The translations under genes were made by a program, and so were the position numbers. Below are positions 38,316 to 50,164 of a stretch of 64,000 nucleotides of DNA, one piece after another (position 1 is the first letter of the stretch; each line of letters opens with the position of its first letter). The stretch lies in NCBI RefSeq assembly GCF_009914755.1, contig NC_060934.1; one strand, given 5' to 3'. The stretch is from the human T2T-CHM13v2.0 reference genome, Homo sapiens. The notes beneath the pieces are model-generated. The model made no database searches. It saw nothing but the letters and a program-made list of their open reading frames with translations, and was not told the DNA's origin.

Positions 38316-39549
38316 CCCGGCTCACTCCAACTTCTCCTTCAGGTCTCAGGCGTCACATCTCAGAGGTAATTCAGGCCCCCTGGGCCAGGCTGGGCTCCCT
38401 GCTAGGTCACCCACCCTAGAATGTATCACACTGTAAAGGGCGGGTCACCATCATGTCCCCGGGACCAGGCACAGCGTCAGACAGTGACAATGCTCAGAAA
38501 ACTGCTGAGTGAGTGAGAAGCTGCCTCCTCCATCCTCGCCAGTCTCCGCCTCTCTGGAGAGGTGTTCTGCAGTGTCTGGTCACCCTGCAACCACCATGCA
38601 AGGAACCAGGGCTGGGCTGTCGCTGAGCAAGAACGCCTGCTCTGGACCTAACCTGCAGCTGGTTATTTAGGGACTCATGTAATTCCACGGTTGGCTGGAG
38701 AGCTGGCCCCCAGGGTCAGAGCTGGGAGGATAGGACACATTTGGGAAACCCTCCCACACCCCAAAAAGTGGACCCCCAGTCAGCCCCAAGGCCCAGAGGC
38801 AGCGCCGACTGGATGGAAATCTGAGCACTGGATCCAGCCTGCCCACTGTACAGATGGAAAGACTGCAGCTGGGGAGGGCGAGGCTTCCCTGAGCTCACAC
38901 GGCAGGGACCGCAGCCAGCCTTCCTGTGCATACATGCAGGGAAAATTAGGGCAGGAAGCTCTGGGGATTGGGCTCCTTGCAGCAGCTTGCAGCCTGACAG
39001 GCTGCCCAGGCCAGAGAACCAGCCCCGAGGCCTCCTCCTGCCCCAGCTACTGTGGGCAGGCGCCCTGCTGCCCTTCGGAAGCAGCCCACGCCAAGCAGGC
39101 AGATGGTCGGCAGGCCCCCTCTTCGAGCCCCTGGGCCCAGATGGCCATCCCCGGCATTAGGTGGGGCATCATAGCAGCAGCAACAGGAAGCCTGCCGCCC
39201 GCCAAGGCCCATCGGAGAGGGAGGAGCAGGAGCTCCGGCCGTCTGGCCACCCTGCCCTGCCTCCCAGGGCCTGGCCATTGCTCTAGCTGAGCGACCTAGG
39301 AAGGCAGCATGCACAGAGCCAGGGGTCACTTCCAATGGTGCAGACCTCTCCTGGGGAATACTGTTGAAGGTGGCTCCACTCGGGGGGGACACAGCCCAGA
39401 ACAGATGACTCCTTCCTGGGAGAGTGCCCCCCGCCCCTTCACTGCCTGCTGGTCAGTGACCAAGGGAATTGAGCCTCTCATGCTGCCAGAGACTTCAACC
39501 CCTTCAGCCCCTTGCATCTCCAAAGAGCTCCCTGGGGGTCAAGAACAAC

Positions 39550-39790
39550 TATAACAGTAATAATAATAGCTAATGTTCCTTAAGGACCTGCACACTATTT
39601 TAAGATCTTTAGAGGTACAACCTCAATCCCTGAGGCAAGGCTATTATTATCATCCCCACTTTACAGATGAGAAAATAGAGGCTCTGAGAAGAAAAGTAAA
39701 CTTGCCCAAGTCACACAGCTAGGAAATGGCAGGGCCAGGATTCAAACCCAGGCAGCCTGTCTCCAGAGCCCACCTTCCTAAGCACCACAC
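39550..39790 (-). mobile_element. MIR SINE, near full length
   Basis: ccccactttacagatgagaaaatagaggct...cttgcccaagtcacacagctagg...ggattcaaacccaggcag. Confidence 0.85.
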
Positions 39791-41759
39791 ATTTCTGGCT
39801 GGGCCCCCGCTGGTGAGTCCCACACAGCACAGTGCAGTGGGGCAGAGAGACACCCTACCTTGGGTTTCTGGGGGTGACTTGTCAGGTAATGAGCTGCCCA
39901 TCACAGGCACTCACTTGCCTGGGCTGGTGCCTCCTGCAGTGGGCAAGGAGAAGCTCAGGTAAGCACTAAGAAGCAGATGGAAGGAGATATGCCATTGAGA
40001 ACAGGCGTGTGTGTCTCTGGGAGAAGGCATGGGAGACCTAGAAGGGCAAACACACTTACACACAGCCTCACGCAAGGACACACTCACACGGTTGAACCCC
40101 TGATGCTCACACGTGAACACAGACATGAGTGAGCATGTGTGCACATGCATGTGGACACACAGACACACTCAGGCTGTTCTGGAGAGAAGTAGGACTCTAC
40201 TATGACAACAGGACCAGCCTGAGAGCCCTTAACCTGCAGGAAGAGGTGCCCAATCTTGATGTTTGCCCCCAGAAAAGCATGCAGCAGCCCCTTCCCCTCT
40301 CTGAGACTCGACGTCCCCTCCCGTGCAAGGAAGGGGTTGTCTGAGGTCATCTCCAAGATCTTGGGCTCTGTGCCGTCTGGCCAGTCACCTGCGACTCTGT
40401 TCCCAGAGCCTGGCAGGGAGCTGTGACTCAGCAGCAAGAAGCCACGCAGGAGCCTGCCCGCAGCCCCCTCCCCTGCCAGCACACACAAAGGGCATCTTGT
40501 TACTGCAGCCGGCCAGCGGGAGGGCGGGAGAGGGCTGTGGAGGTGAGAGGCCAGGAAGGAGCCTGTGTCAGCAGCACTGGGGGCAGGGCGGGGAGGAGGC
40601 CCAGGCAGGGCTGCTGGCCGGCCACAGGGGCCCCAAGCTGGTGGGGAGGGCCCTTGGGGCAGGCAGCCGCAGGTGGGTGGCTGCAGGGAAAGGCTGGCCC
40701 CGGGCTCCTGCATGGAACCCTGTTTATTAAATTCCCTTTTCATTTGTAAGTTACAATCTGAATGAGCTCTCCTGGCAGCAGCTACACCCCTGGAACTTCC
40801 CAGCAATGTGGGGCAAAACCCATAGCCCAGGGCTCCCACTCAGAGCCTGAGTCTCGACTCTGCGTGATCGAGACATGGGTGCCCTTTGGATGAGATCATG
40901 GCCAGGTCGGTTTTGCCCATCTGTAAAACGGGGTTGCTGAGCTGAGGAGAGCTCGCTGTAACACACTCCCTGGCAAGATAGAAGTCACCTGGCTGGGACG
41001 TCCCAGACACAGGTTAGGACACCCTGGTGTCACACTTGCTGCTCCTGCTGTGGGACCCTGGGCAAACCACTTACCCTCTCTGGCCTCAGTTTCCCAGTTT
41101 ATAAAATGGAGGTAGTGGGAGGTGAGAGGGAACTAGATAGAATATTCTTCCTGGAAATTGCTTGGGAATCATTTTTCCATGTGTCCTACATAGAAAAAGA
41201 CATGAGACACTCAGGTCCATGCAAGTGAGGGGGTCAATCCAGAGTATATATGTACATGTGTACACACATGTGTACATGTGTGAACATGTGAGCAGACAAG
41301 CAGGTGTGTCCCCTCTCGAGTGTGTCCAGCCCTCAGGCCATGCAGGCCCTTCCCTGAGTAGAACAGGGCCCAGGGCAAAGGATTTCCAAGGCTGGTTATT
41401 CTTGACACTCAGGGACCCCCTAGACACTAGTGACTGATTTGAGAGGGCCAGGTAAGCTGTGGCCTTGCAGAGACCACTGCTCCAGACACTGTCTCCCCCA
41501 AGAATTCAGCAGAACTTGCTGTCAGTTGTCTGTCCACCCTAGACCGCGGTACCACCACTGGGCTGTATCACAAAGGACCCCATATACGTCGCATCCACAT
41601 GAGTGCTGCCCATCCCCGCCTGAGCTGCACCCACGCCACAGCACTCTGAACTTTCTTGTGTGAGTATCTCACCTTCCCAGTGCCCATCTGTCTCCAGCTC
41701 CGCCAGGGAAGGAGCTCTGCATTCTGTCAGGAAAACAGATGGGACAGGCTTTTACGTAC

Positions 41760-41896
41760 TGTGAAGTGCTGTGGGTGCTAGTTGTTCCACTGAATCCTTA
41801 AAATCCCACCCATCTCATGAGGTTCACATTCCCATTTAACAGATGAAGAAACGGAGGCCCAGGGGAGTGAGATAGAAGACCCAGGACCTGGATGGC
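41760..41896 (+). repeat. Local duplication, copy 1 (137 bp, contains an antisense MIR piece)
   Basis: Matches 43654-43790 at 132 of 137 positions, no gaps. Confidence 0.95.
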
Positions 41897-43653
41897 TTCA
41901 TAAGGGGACATGAGCACCACATCTGTGGTCAGAAGTGGATTCAGAAGCCCAAGGAGATTCAGAAGCTTGAGAATGGATTCAGAAGCTTGAGAAGTACAGA
42001 CAATGACCCCAGAATCCCGGGCTGAGCCCGGTGACCTCAGTGAGCACAGAACCACCCTGTTAGCTGTGGTCTTAGGGGCAGCCAAGGCCTGTCTATCCAG
42101 CGAGCAAGCTAGCCAGCTGTGCTCAGATTCAGACTTCCCATCTGCCCTCCTGCCCATGAGGGATCCCAGGAGGCCTAGCACAGAGGGCTGAACTTCAGAC
42201 AGAGACCAGCACTGGGGGCTCAGGCCTCAGGCACACCTCACCTGGCTCTTCTCCTGCCCTCCCTGCACCAGGGGCTGAGAGGACAGCAAAGCGCAGCATG
42301 GGTGGGCACTTCCCCAGGGCAGGTGGACTGGCATAGGCCAGATGCCGAACTTCCTGGCAATATAACGTCCCACTGACGGCCTGAAATGAGGAGTGGTTAC
42401 GTGGCCTCTGGGGGCAACATTTAATAAGAGCTGCTATTTTAGGGATCCTAACTTGGCATGAGGCACTTCAAATTTGTTATTTACTTAGCAAATACTCCCC
42501 AGTTGCCTTTGAAGTTCTGGGTCCTAGGCGGGTACAAGGACATGATGGGGAATGAAGCAGACACAGCCCCTGCCCTCATGGAGTTCACAGTCTACTGAGG
42601 CGGAGGGGGGGCGCCATCTCTAAATAGAGACTCACATATAGATAAGAAACACAGAAGAGACCAGGATTCTACCAGTGTGGGAACCTGTCTGGAACTCAGA
42701 ACCAAGGAGGACTTCCTAGAGGAAGTAACACTGATCCCAGATCTTCTGAAGAATGAATAAGAGCTATCTAGGCAACCAGGAAGGGAAAAACATTCTAGGC
42801 AGACAGAAGCTGAGGCAGGAGAGAGCAGTCTTGTTGACACCTGTAATTTTCATAATAACCTTAAGAGATGGAATAAGGCATCCCATTTTACAACTGAGGA
42901 AATTGAAACTCCAAGAGGCCAAATCACCCCAGACCCTACCCATCCAGTTGGGGTGCAGATCCAGACCCCGCACCATGCGCTGTGCATTTCCAGCCTTCAA
43001 AGCCTGGCACCTGATGCTGAAGCTTAGGAGGAAAGGTCATGGAGGGAAGAGGCCAGGTCTATCCCTGCCCACAGCCCACATGCAGGAAAGTGAGCGGGGA
43101 CTCCCACATGTGTTCCCTTGCCCAGTGGCGAGCATCCCACACCCCTCCCAGACAGGGTGAGGGACAGGCATCTCCCCCAACAGCTTTGGAGCTGCTCACC
43201 TGTCCAGCAAGGACATGCCCCAGAGCCGCAGCCCCTCACCTGCCCCTACAGCCTGCGGAAAGTGTGGTTGCCTCAGCCTTCCCAGTCACCAGTATGTGAA
43301 CTGTGGATCCTGCAAGGAGTGAGGGCCTGGGGAGAGCAAGAGGCCTCCCCAGACAACACCTCCCAGGGGAAGTGGCCCTGGCACTGAACCACGAGGACTT
43401 TGGATGAAGTGAAATGGAGCAGGGAAGGGAGCTCCAAGTATGGAGCTCAGAGAAGCAAAGGCATGGCAGCAGGGCGCACCAGGGGCAGTAGGGGAATAGT
43501 GAGACCTGCCCAGCAGCTGGAGTGTCCCTAATTCTCAGGGGCTACCAAAGCCCTAGCTCCAGAACTGCCCAAGGCCCATCGTGGACCAGACCCAGGACTC
43601 AACACAGCCCAAAGGGCACAGTACGAAGACGTAACCTTCCCTTTGGCTCAGTG

Positions 43654-43790
43654 TGTGAAGTGCTGTGGGTGCTAGCTGTTCCACTGAATCCTCAAAATCT
43701 TACCCATCTCATGAGGTTCACATTCCCATTTAACAGATGAAGAAACTGAGGCCCAGGGGAGTGAGATAGAAGACCCAGGACCTGGATGGC
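43654..43790 (+). repeat. Local duplication, copy 2 (137 bp)
   Basis: Matches 41760-41896 at 132 of 137 positions. Confidence 0.95.
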
Positions 43791-45862
43791 ACTCCACGAG
43801 GGTGTGCTCACTCAGCTCTGGGACACAGATGGGAAAGTGAGCGAACAGACAACATGTGCAGGCCATCCTCACGGAGAGGCCGGTGTGCAGAGCTGCACCC
43901 ACACCCTGCCCCATCCCAGAGCTGGGTAATGGGGCCAGGAGCAGAGGGAAGGCATACCAGGGCCTGGGAGCTGGCCAGGGGAGGCAGGGAAGCCCTTGTG
44001 TTTGTTTCACCTTGCTAACTTTCAGTCCTGAGGTCTGGAGCCCTAGGAGCCAGGCCAACTCCTTGGCCAGACCTCTGTGCAGAGCAGGGCTACAAGACAT
44101 TCAGACAGTTCTCTGGGAACTCGGGACCATCGGTATCTCTATGCATTCTCCTAATGGCCTCAGCTCTGTTAAATATATTGATGTTCCTGGAATACAAATA
44201 TCCATAATTTAATTTCCATAAAAGCTTCTTTTGCTTAGAAAAGAGTCCCTCCAAAGTGCCCTAAGCTATCTTCACTTGCAACTTAGGGTGGGGGCTGTTG
44301 TAGCCTTTTCGGAGGATAGCACTGCAGCCTGGGTGGGGCAGGAGGGTGGGTCTCAGCAGGCTCTGCTCCCTCATGTCCCTACTCAGCAGAGCTGAAGAAG
44401 CCCGTTGCCAGCCCTCAGGCATCCCTGGCCAGACCCACCTCCCACCCCAATCCCAGTTCCGTCTTAGGTCCTCACTTCTGCCTCACTGCCTCATACCCTT
44501 TGCTTCCTCATTCATAGGGACACTCTGATCAGAATTCATCCTGGCCCACTGCCTGTCAACCTCCCATAGCTCTTTTTTCTCTAGCTGACAGGCCAGTCTG
44601 GCTCCTACCTCCACGCCTAGCTCAGGTGCCTGAAATCCCACCCTGGGTCCATGCCTCAGGTCTCTACTTAGTCAGTAAGCCAGATGAGGCCCACCTGATA
44701 TTAAATTTAATCCCAGAAGTCAACTCCAATTCGTTGGCATCAGTTTCCTGTGTTGAGAAGGATTCTGATGCTATATGGGGGCTCAACGGGAAAGGGTCAT
44801 GATTGATGAATGATGTTAAGCACAGTACAGGAAGGATGTGCCACTGGTTTGCTGTAACCAGCCAAGATTCTTTAGCCATTTTAGGAGATGCAAATGTGAG
44901 AAGTGTCAGCTCCCAGTCCCATGCCCTGCTCTGTGCTCAGCCTTGGGCTGGGCTCAGAGGAAAGTTAAGAGAAAGGAAAAGTCCTGCCCTTTGACTGACT
45001 GGGAAGTGGGGAACACCAGAAGCACTGGATTGAGTTTCCCATCTCTACGTGAGCGTAGGGCAAAATGGCCCTAAAGGTTCTGAGGTCCAGGGAGACAAAG
45101 TAAACTGCCAGGGTGCGGCGTGGCCTCTCAAACACACGTGGAGCCTCACGAACCCACTGAGTAACAACAGAGGCTCTGTGTGGCTGGCCCTGAGGTACAG
45201 GGCAGCAGGCAGAGCTGAGGTCAGAGCGCGCACACACAGGTCAGAAGGTCAAGATGCTCCCTGTGCTTGGTGAACGCAAGCTGGGCTTTGAAGCGGGGTG
45301 AGATCTCTAGAGATCTGGATCTCATTTGCTTCCCAATCCCACCCCTCATAGGATGGGAACCTTAGAGAGGCTTCTTTGACCACCCAGACTAAAAGAGGTC
45401 CTCATATAACCCGTTATTCTCCATCTCAGCATCCTGATGTGTTATCACAACGTGCAATTCCTTTTTTCACCTACTAGTTCGATTTGTTTTGTCTGTCTGT
45501 CCCAATAGTCTGGGAGCCTCAGGAGGGTAGGGATTAGGTCTGTCTTATTCACTGTCTTCATATCCTAACACAGTGCAGCAATAGAACTGGTTCAAATCAT
45601 GGTTGTTCAATTAATTAATAAACTGTAGCTGGCCGGGGTCACACACTCAAAACACCTGCAGGGTCAAGCAGACAAAGTCAACGAGTGAGGTGGACATGTG
45701 AAGGAACAAGTGCACAGAGTGGCCACGTGGCATATCCTCAGGCCATGCTCAGGGCAGGCCTCCCTGTGCTCCTGAAGTTGTGTTTATCTGACATATATGC
45801 AAATCGTTTGCAAGTAACCACAAGGGAATATCTTTTCTGTCTCCAAAGAAATATATATTTTT

Positions 45863-46163
<301 letters not shown>

Positions 46164-46327
46164 AAAGAAATATATACTTCTCCATTTTGCTAGAACAAAT
46201 GATATTCTCGGTCCTTTTAAATTTTCCTACTTTTGCTAGAGTTGGGTGTACAGAGAAATATTTCCCTACTATACAGAAAAGTAACAGGCCAAGTGAGATG
46301 ACCAGTCAGCCTCAGCATCAGGCGGCC

Positions 46328-46519
46328 CAGTAGGTCTCAAAATGGGGCCCTAAACCAGCAGCAGCAGTATCACCCGAGAACTTGTCAGAAATTCTCAGGC
46401 AAATTCTCAGGCCCACCCCAAACCCACTGAAGCAGAGACTCTGGGGTGGGGTCCACTAATCTGTATTTTAACAAGCCCTCCAAGGGATTTTCCCATATGC
46501 TCAAGTTTGAGAACCAGTG
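46328..46519 (+). mobile_element. MER5A
   Basis: accagcagc...atcacccgagaacttg...aaattctcaggccca...aatctgtattttaacaagccctcca...caagtttgagaacca. Confidence 0.9.
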
Positions 46520-46755
46520 CAATAGGGAGCAGTGGAGACTGTGGTAAACTGGAGAACATACACCCGGCCTGTAGGGGCCTCTGCTGCTCAGCTCCAGCCC
46601 ACAGTTGCCGCATAAAAACGTGAGCCCAGTGTGGCCAAACTCCCCAGTTATTTGAGGGAAATTGAAAATTCACACTTTCATGTGAAATGCCTTCATTTGT
46701 AAATAATGGTTTTTTTTTTTTTAATCTCACGTAGGCCAAACAAAATTTGTCTGCA

Positions 46756-46955
46756 AGCCTGGGCAACATAGTGAGACCCCATCTCCACAAAAAAAAAAAA
46801 AAGAAAAATTAGCTGGGCATTGTGGCACATGCCTATAGTCCCAGTTGCTTGGGAGGCTGAGGTGGGAGGTTCTCTTGAGCCCAGGAGGTCAAGGTTGCAG
46901 TGAACTGAGATTGCATCCCTGCACTCCATCAAGACTCTGTCTCAAAAAAAAAAAA
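46756..46955 (+). mobile_element. AluJ, 5'-truncated
   Basis: gcaacatagtgagacccc, gaggtgggagg, ttgagcccaggaggtcaagg (J diagnostics), poly(A). Confidence 0.92.
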
Positions 46956-48379
46956 TTGTCCTCAAATGGAGACCAGCCCAGGTACAGCCAGAGTATGACC
47001 TGAGGGGTGGAGGCTTCTCCCCACAAGGAAAGATCCAGAAAGATGCTGTCACAGCTGTCCTTCCTAGACCAGCTTACCTCTAATGGACAGCCCAGACCCC
47101 ATGCTTCCCTGGGACTCAGAGACCCCTATGTACCGTGTAGGACTGCTTCTGAGTTTTCAAATCCCAGCCAAGGTCCACAGGATCCAGCACTTCCCTGGGT
47201 CATGGACCAACAGGCTTGGACAGGCAAAATTCTGGGCCTTGAGATCAGGGTTCAAGGCAGGGCTGGGGGTAGACAGAGAGTACACTGTCCTTTCCTGAGC
47301 CCCTATTCCATGACAAGTACATTCCATGACATATACTCAGGGCTCATAGGCATTCTCTCTTTAACTTTTGCAACCTCTCCATGGAGTAAGGGTCACTATG
47401 CACATTTTAAAGTAGAGGAAAAAGGGGTTCAAAGAGGTTATGTGACTTTCCCCAGGTCATAAAGCTAGCAGATGAAGGAGCCAGGCTGTGACCCCACATG
47501 CACCTGCCTCCCAGCCTATGTAGATCCTAATCTTCCCAACTACCTGCCCCCCCGAAGGATGGGAAAGACTGGGAAGTGGCCAGGGTTGGCCTGCTGTGGC
47601 CCTGGAGCCTGCCTCCCTGATCAGGGTCACAACCAAGGCTACGATTCCAGTGCCAGGGGACCAAGTCCAGCAAGCAAGCCCTGGCTGGGGGGGCTGCAGG
47701 AGTGAGCAATCCTGGGGAAGGAGCAAATGTGTGCCCTGCTTCAGCCTCAGGGGGGTCTGTCCCTGCATGCAAATCTCCAACCTGGAACTGGGAAGCTTTG
47801 GCAGCTGGGCCAGCCCATAGAGAGGGAGCAGGGCCAGAGCTGGGAAGGTTCTAGACCCAGCCAAGCAGCAGGGGCCTGAGCTGTAGCTTGAGTCACAGCC
47901 TTGCCTTGGTCACACTAGCCTTTCCGAAGGCCCAGCCGTCAGCACTGGCCCTGGGGTGGACCCCTGTGAGGCTGTGTGGTTGCCAGGGAAGCCAGAAGAA
48001 ATGACTTACTCCTGCCCCTGCCTCTAATGTCATGCGGTCACAAGTCCCCAGAAGGTCTGGGCTGGCCTGGGCCCTTGCCCTCCCCACGGTGGGGGCTCAC
48101 CCAGCCTGGGCGCGCTGGTCACACTCAGCTCTGGCCAGGCATGAGTCAGCACTGTCAGCCTGCGTGTGGCCACAGCTGGCTGGACGCTGAGGCCAGCCAG
48201 GCCGGGCCCTGGAGGTCTGCTGGGGCCCTGGGGCCTCACTAAAGGGGAGAGGTGGCCCCAAATGACCCACAGGATCACACAAGAGAGAAGAAAAAGGACT
48301 AAATAGAGAAAAGCCAAGTACAAAGTAAGAATCTCAAAACTTAAAGTGGCAGACGCAAATTCAGAGTCAGGAAAATTGG

Positions 48380-48550
48380 CCACACAACACAAACAGACAC
48401 ACACACACGGGTCACTAGCACACGTGTAACCCCCACTCCAGACAAACACCATATGCAGAAGACACACATGCCATATATACACATCCTCGCAGTGTCCCTG
48501 TGTCACGCGGAAAAAGCCACGCCTACACAACTCAGCAGACACACACTGGC
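48380..48550. repeat. CA-rich low-complexity tract
   Basis: acacaacacaaacagacacacacacacgg... on the left flank of the CpG island. Confidence 0.6.
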
Positions 48551-48789
48551 ATTCCCAGAGGATGAGCCCACACAGGCGCCGCAAGCCCGCCGCAGGTCCC
48601 GCATGCACTGCCTGTCTGTGACAGATGGCTTCTGTCCAACCCAAGGGTCCGGCCCACAGCCCTCGGCTCACACGGCCATACAAGTCTGGGGACATCATGT
48701 CACGCTCGCTTACTCTAAGGGCCCTGAGGCTTGTGAGGGCTGTGGTCAAAGACAGGCCTGGGAACTGGGGTCCTGAGCACCCTAGCCCA

Positions 48790-49520
48790 GCCCAGTCCCG
48801 CCCCGCGGAGGGGCCCGACTGAGCTGGGCCGCGCGCCCCAGCAGCCCCAGCAGCCGCCGCCCACCTCGGCCAGCCTGGCTTCTGCGCCCCGCCAGGAGGT
48901 CGCGGAGCGGAGCGCGGCCAGGAAGTGAGCTGAGAGTGACAGCTCCCCCCACGCTGTTTGTTTATTCATGACTCATTCTCTCCACACACTGGCTCTTCTT
49001 TCTTTCGGGAGGAGGGGAGAAAGGAGCGGGAGGGCGGGCGGGCAGGGGAGAGGCAGGCTCCACAATAAACAATGAGGCAGCTGAGCCGGTGGGGAGGGAG
49101 GAGCCCGCGCGGGGCGCAGGGCCGGGGCTGGGGCCGGGGCGCGGTGTTTCCAGGCCGGCCGGCCCGAGGCTTGCGCTCCCGATCCCCGATCCCCGATCCC
49201 CGATCCCCGCTCCTCCCGGCCCCGCCCGGCCCAGCCCGGCCCGGCCCGCCCGCCGCCACCTCCCGGCGACCGGGCAGTAGCAGCCGTAATTGGATCCTCG
49301 CTGCCTCCTCCCAGCTCCCCGCCCCCAATCGGGGAGCGGGTAAATGCCGGGTACCTTGGCAAAACAGTCGGATCCAAACCTATTATTTGACTAATGGGCT
49401 TCCCTCGTGCGGCTCCGCAACGCCCTGCAGACTCGCCCCTCCCCCCTGCCCCCTCCCCAGAGATGGCTCCCCTCAGCGGCGCGGCTCCGGATAACTGGAG
49501 GAAGCGCGGGTTCCGAGGCT
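48790..49520. promoter_or_regulatory. CpG island, probable promoter or poised enhancer
   Basis: Very high GC and CpG density against a CpG-depleted background; GC boxes, ETS-like caggaagtg near 48920, AP-1 ATGACTCAT at 48968, CCAAT at 49325; no interspersed repeat recognised. Confidence 0.9.
49178..49209. repeat. (CCCGATC)4.5 heptamer tandem repeat
   Basis: cccgatccccgatccccgatccccgatccccg seen directly. Confidence 0.95.
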
Positions 49521-49689
49521 TCAAGGGCCTCATTGTTCTGCCTGGAGGGGCACATTGAAAATGCTCCAGGGTTTACTTCCTGTGAAAACAGCCTGGGAGG
49601 GAGGGGGCGATCCACGGTGGAAAGACATTATCCTCCTGGAAGCCGCCCAGATTACACAGGGAGAAAAAGGTTGTTTTGATTGTTGCTGG

Positions 49690-49752
49690 CTCTTTCTTTC
49701 TTCCTTCCTTTTTCTTTCTTTTTCCTTTTTTTCCCCTTCCCTCCTCTCTTTT
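49690..49752. repeat. 63-nt pure pyrimidine tract
   Basis: No purine between 49690 and 49752 on the + strand. Confidence 0.9.
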
Positions 49753-50164
49753 GCTACCCTCCCCGGGCCAAAGATGAATCTTTACTGCTGTGGAGCAAGT
49801 TGGAAATGTGGGGCTGTTTTCTGCATAAATAAGGCTGGTGAATGGCAGAGCCAGATATAAAGTCTGATTCAGAGAAATTCAAAAGAATGCAGGGGCGATG
49901 AGGTGGGCAAATCCAAGAAACTCATTTCCCCAGCATGCCCCTCTGAGTCACGTCTTGCACCATGAGGGGAAAACACATCACGCCACAATATGTCACATGC
50001 CTGCCGCAAAGGAGCAGGCCCGGTGGGAGTCACACAGCTCCTTCCTCCCCAGCCTGGCTCTGCAAGTCCAGAACCACAGAGAGCAAAGTGTCAGCCGGGA
50101 AGAGGCGAGGGTCGGTCCCACCAGGCTCCAGGTCAAAGCCTTCTCCTAAGTGAGCTGGGGCAGG

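Noticed and set aside
38691-39392. Overlapping 199-aa and 148-aa ORFs in a mildly CpG-rich patch
   Set aside because: Open on both strands because of high GC; no convincing splice sites or protein similarity.
40084-40839. 251-aa minus-strand ORF
   Set aside because: Spans G-rich and CA-rich low-complexity DNA; better explained as a regulatory region.
41760-43790. 137-bp direct repeats read as LTRs of a small element or as CRISPR-like repeats
   Set aside because: No TG...CA termini, TSD or primer-binding site; the interior is ordinary MIR/L2/unique DNA; only two copies; eukaryotic sequence.
48030-49533. ORFs of 239, 186 and 140 aa at the CpG island and its CA-rich flank
   Set aside because: Stop-poor GC-rich or TG-repeat sequence giving Gly/Arg/Pro- or Cys/Val-rich translations; no recognisable protein.
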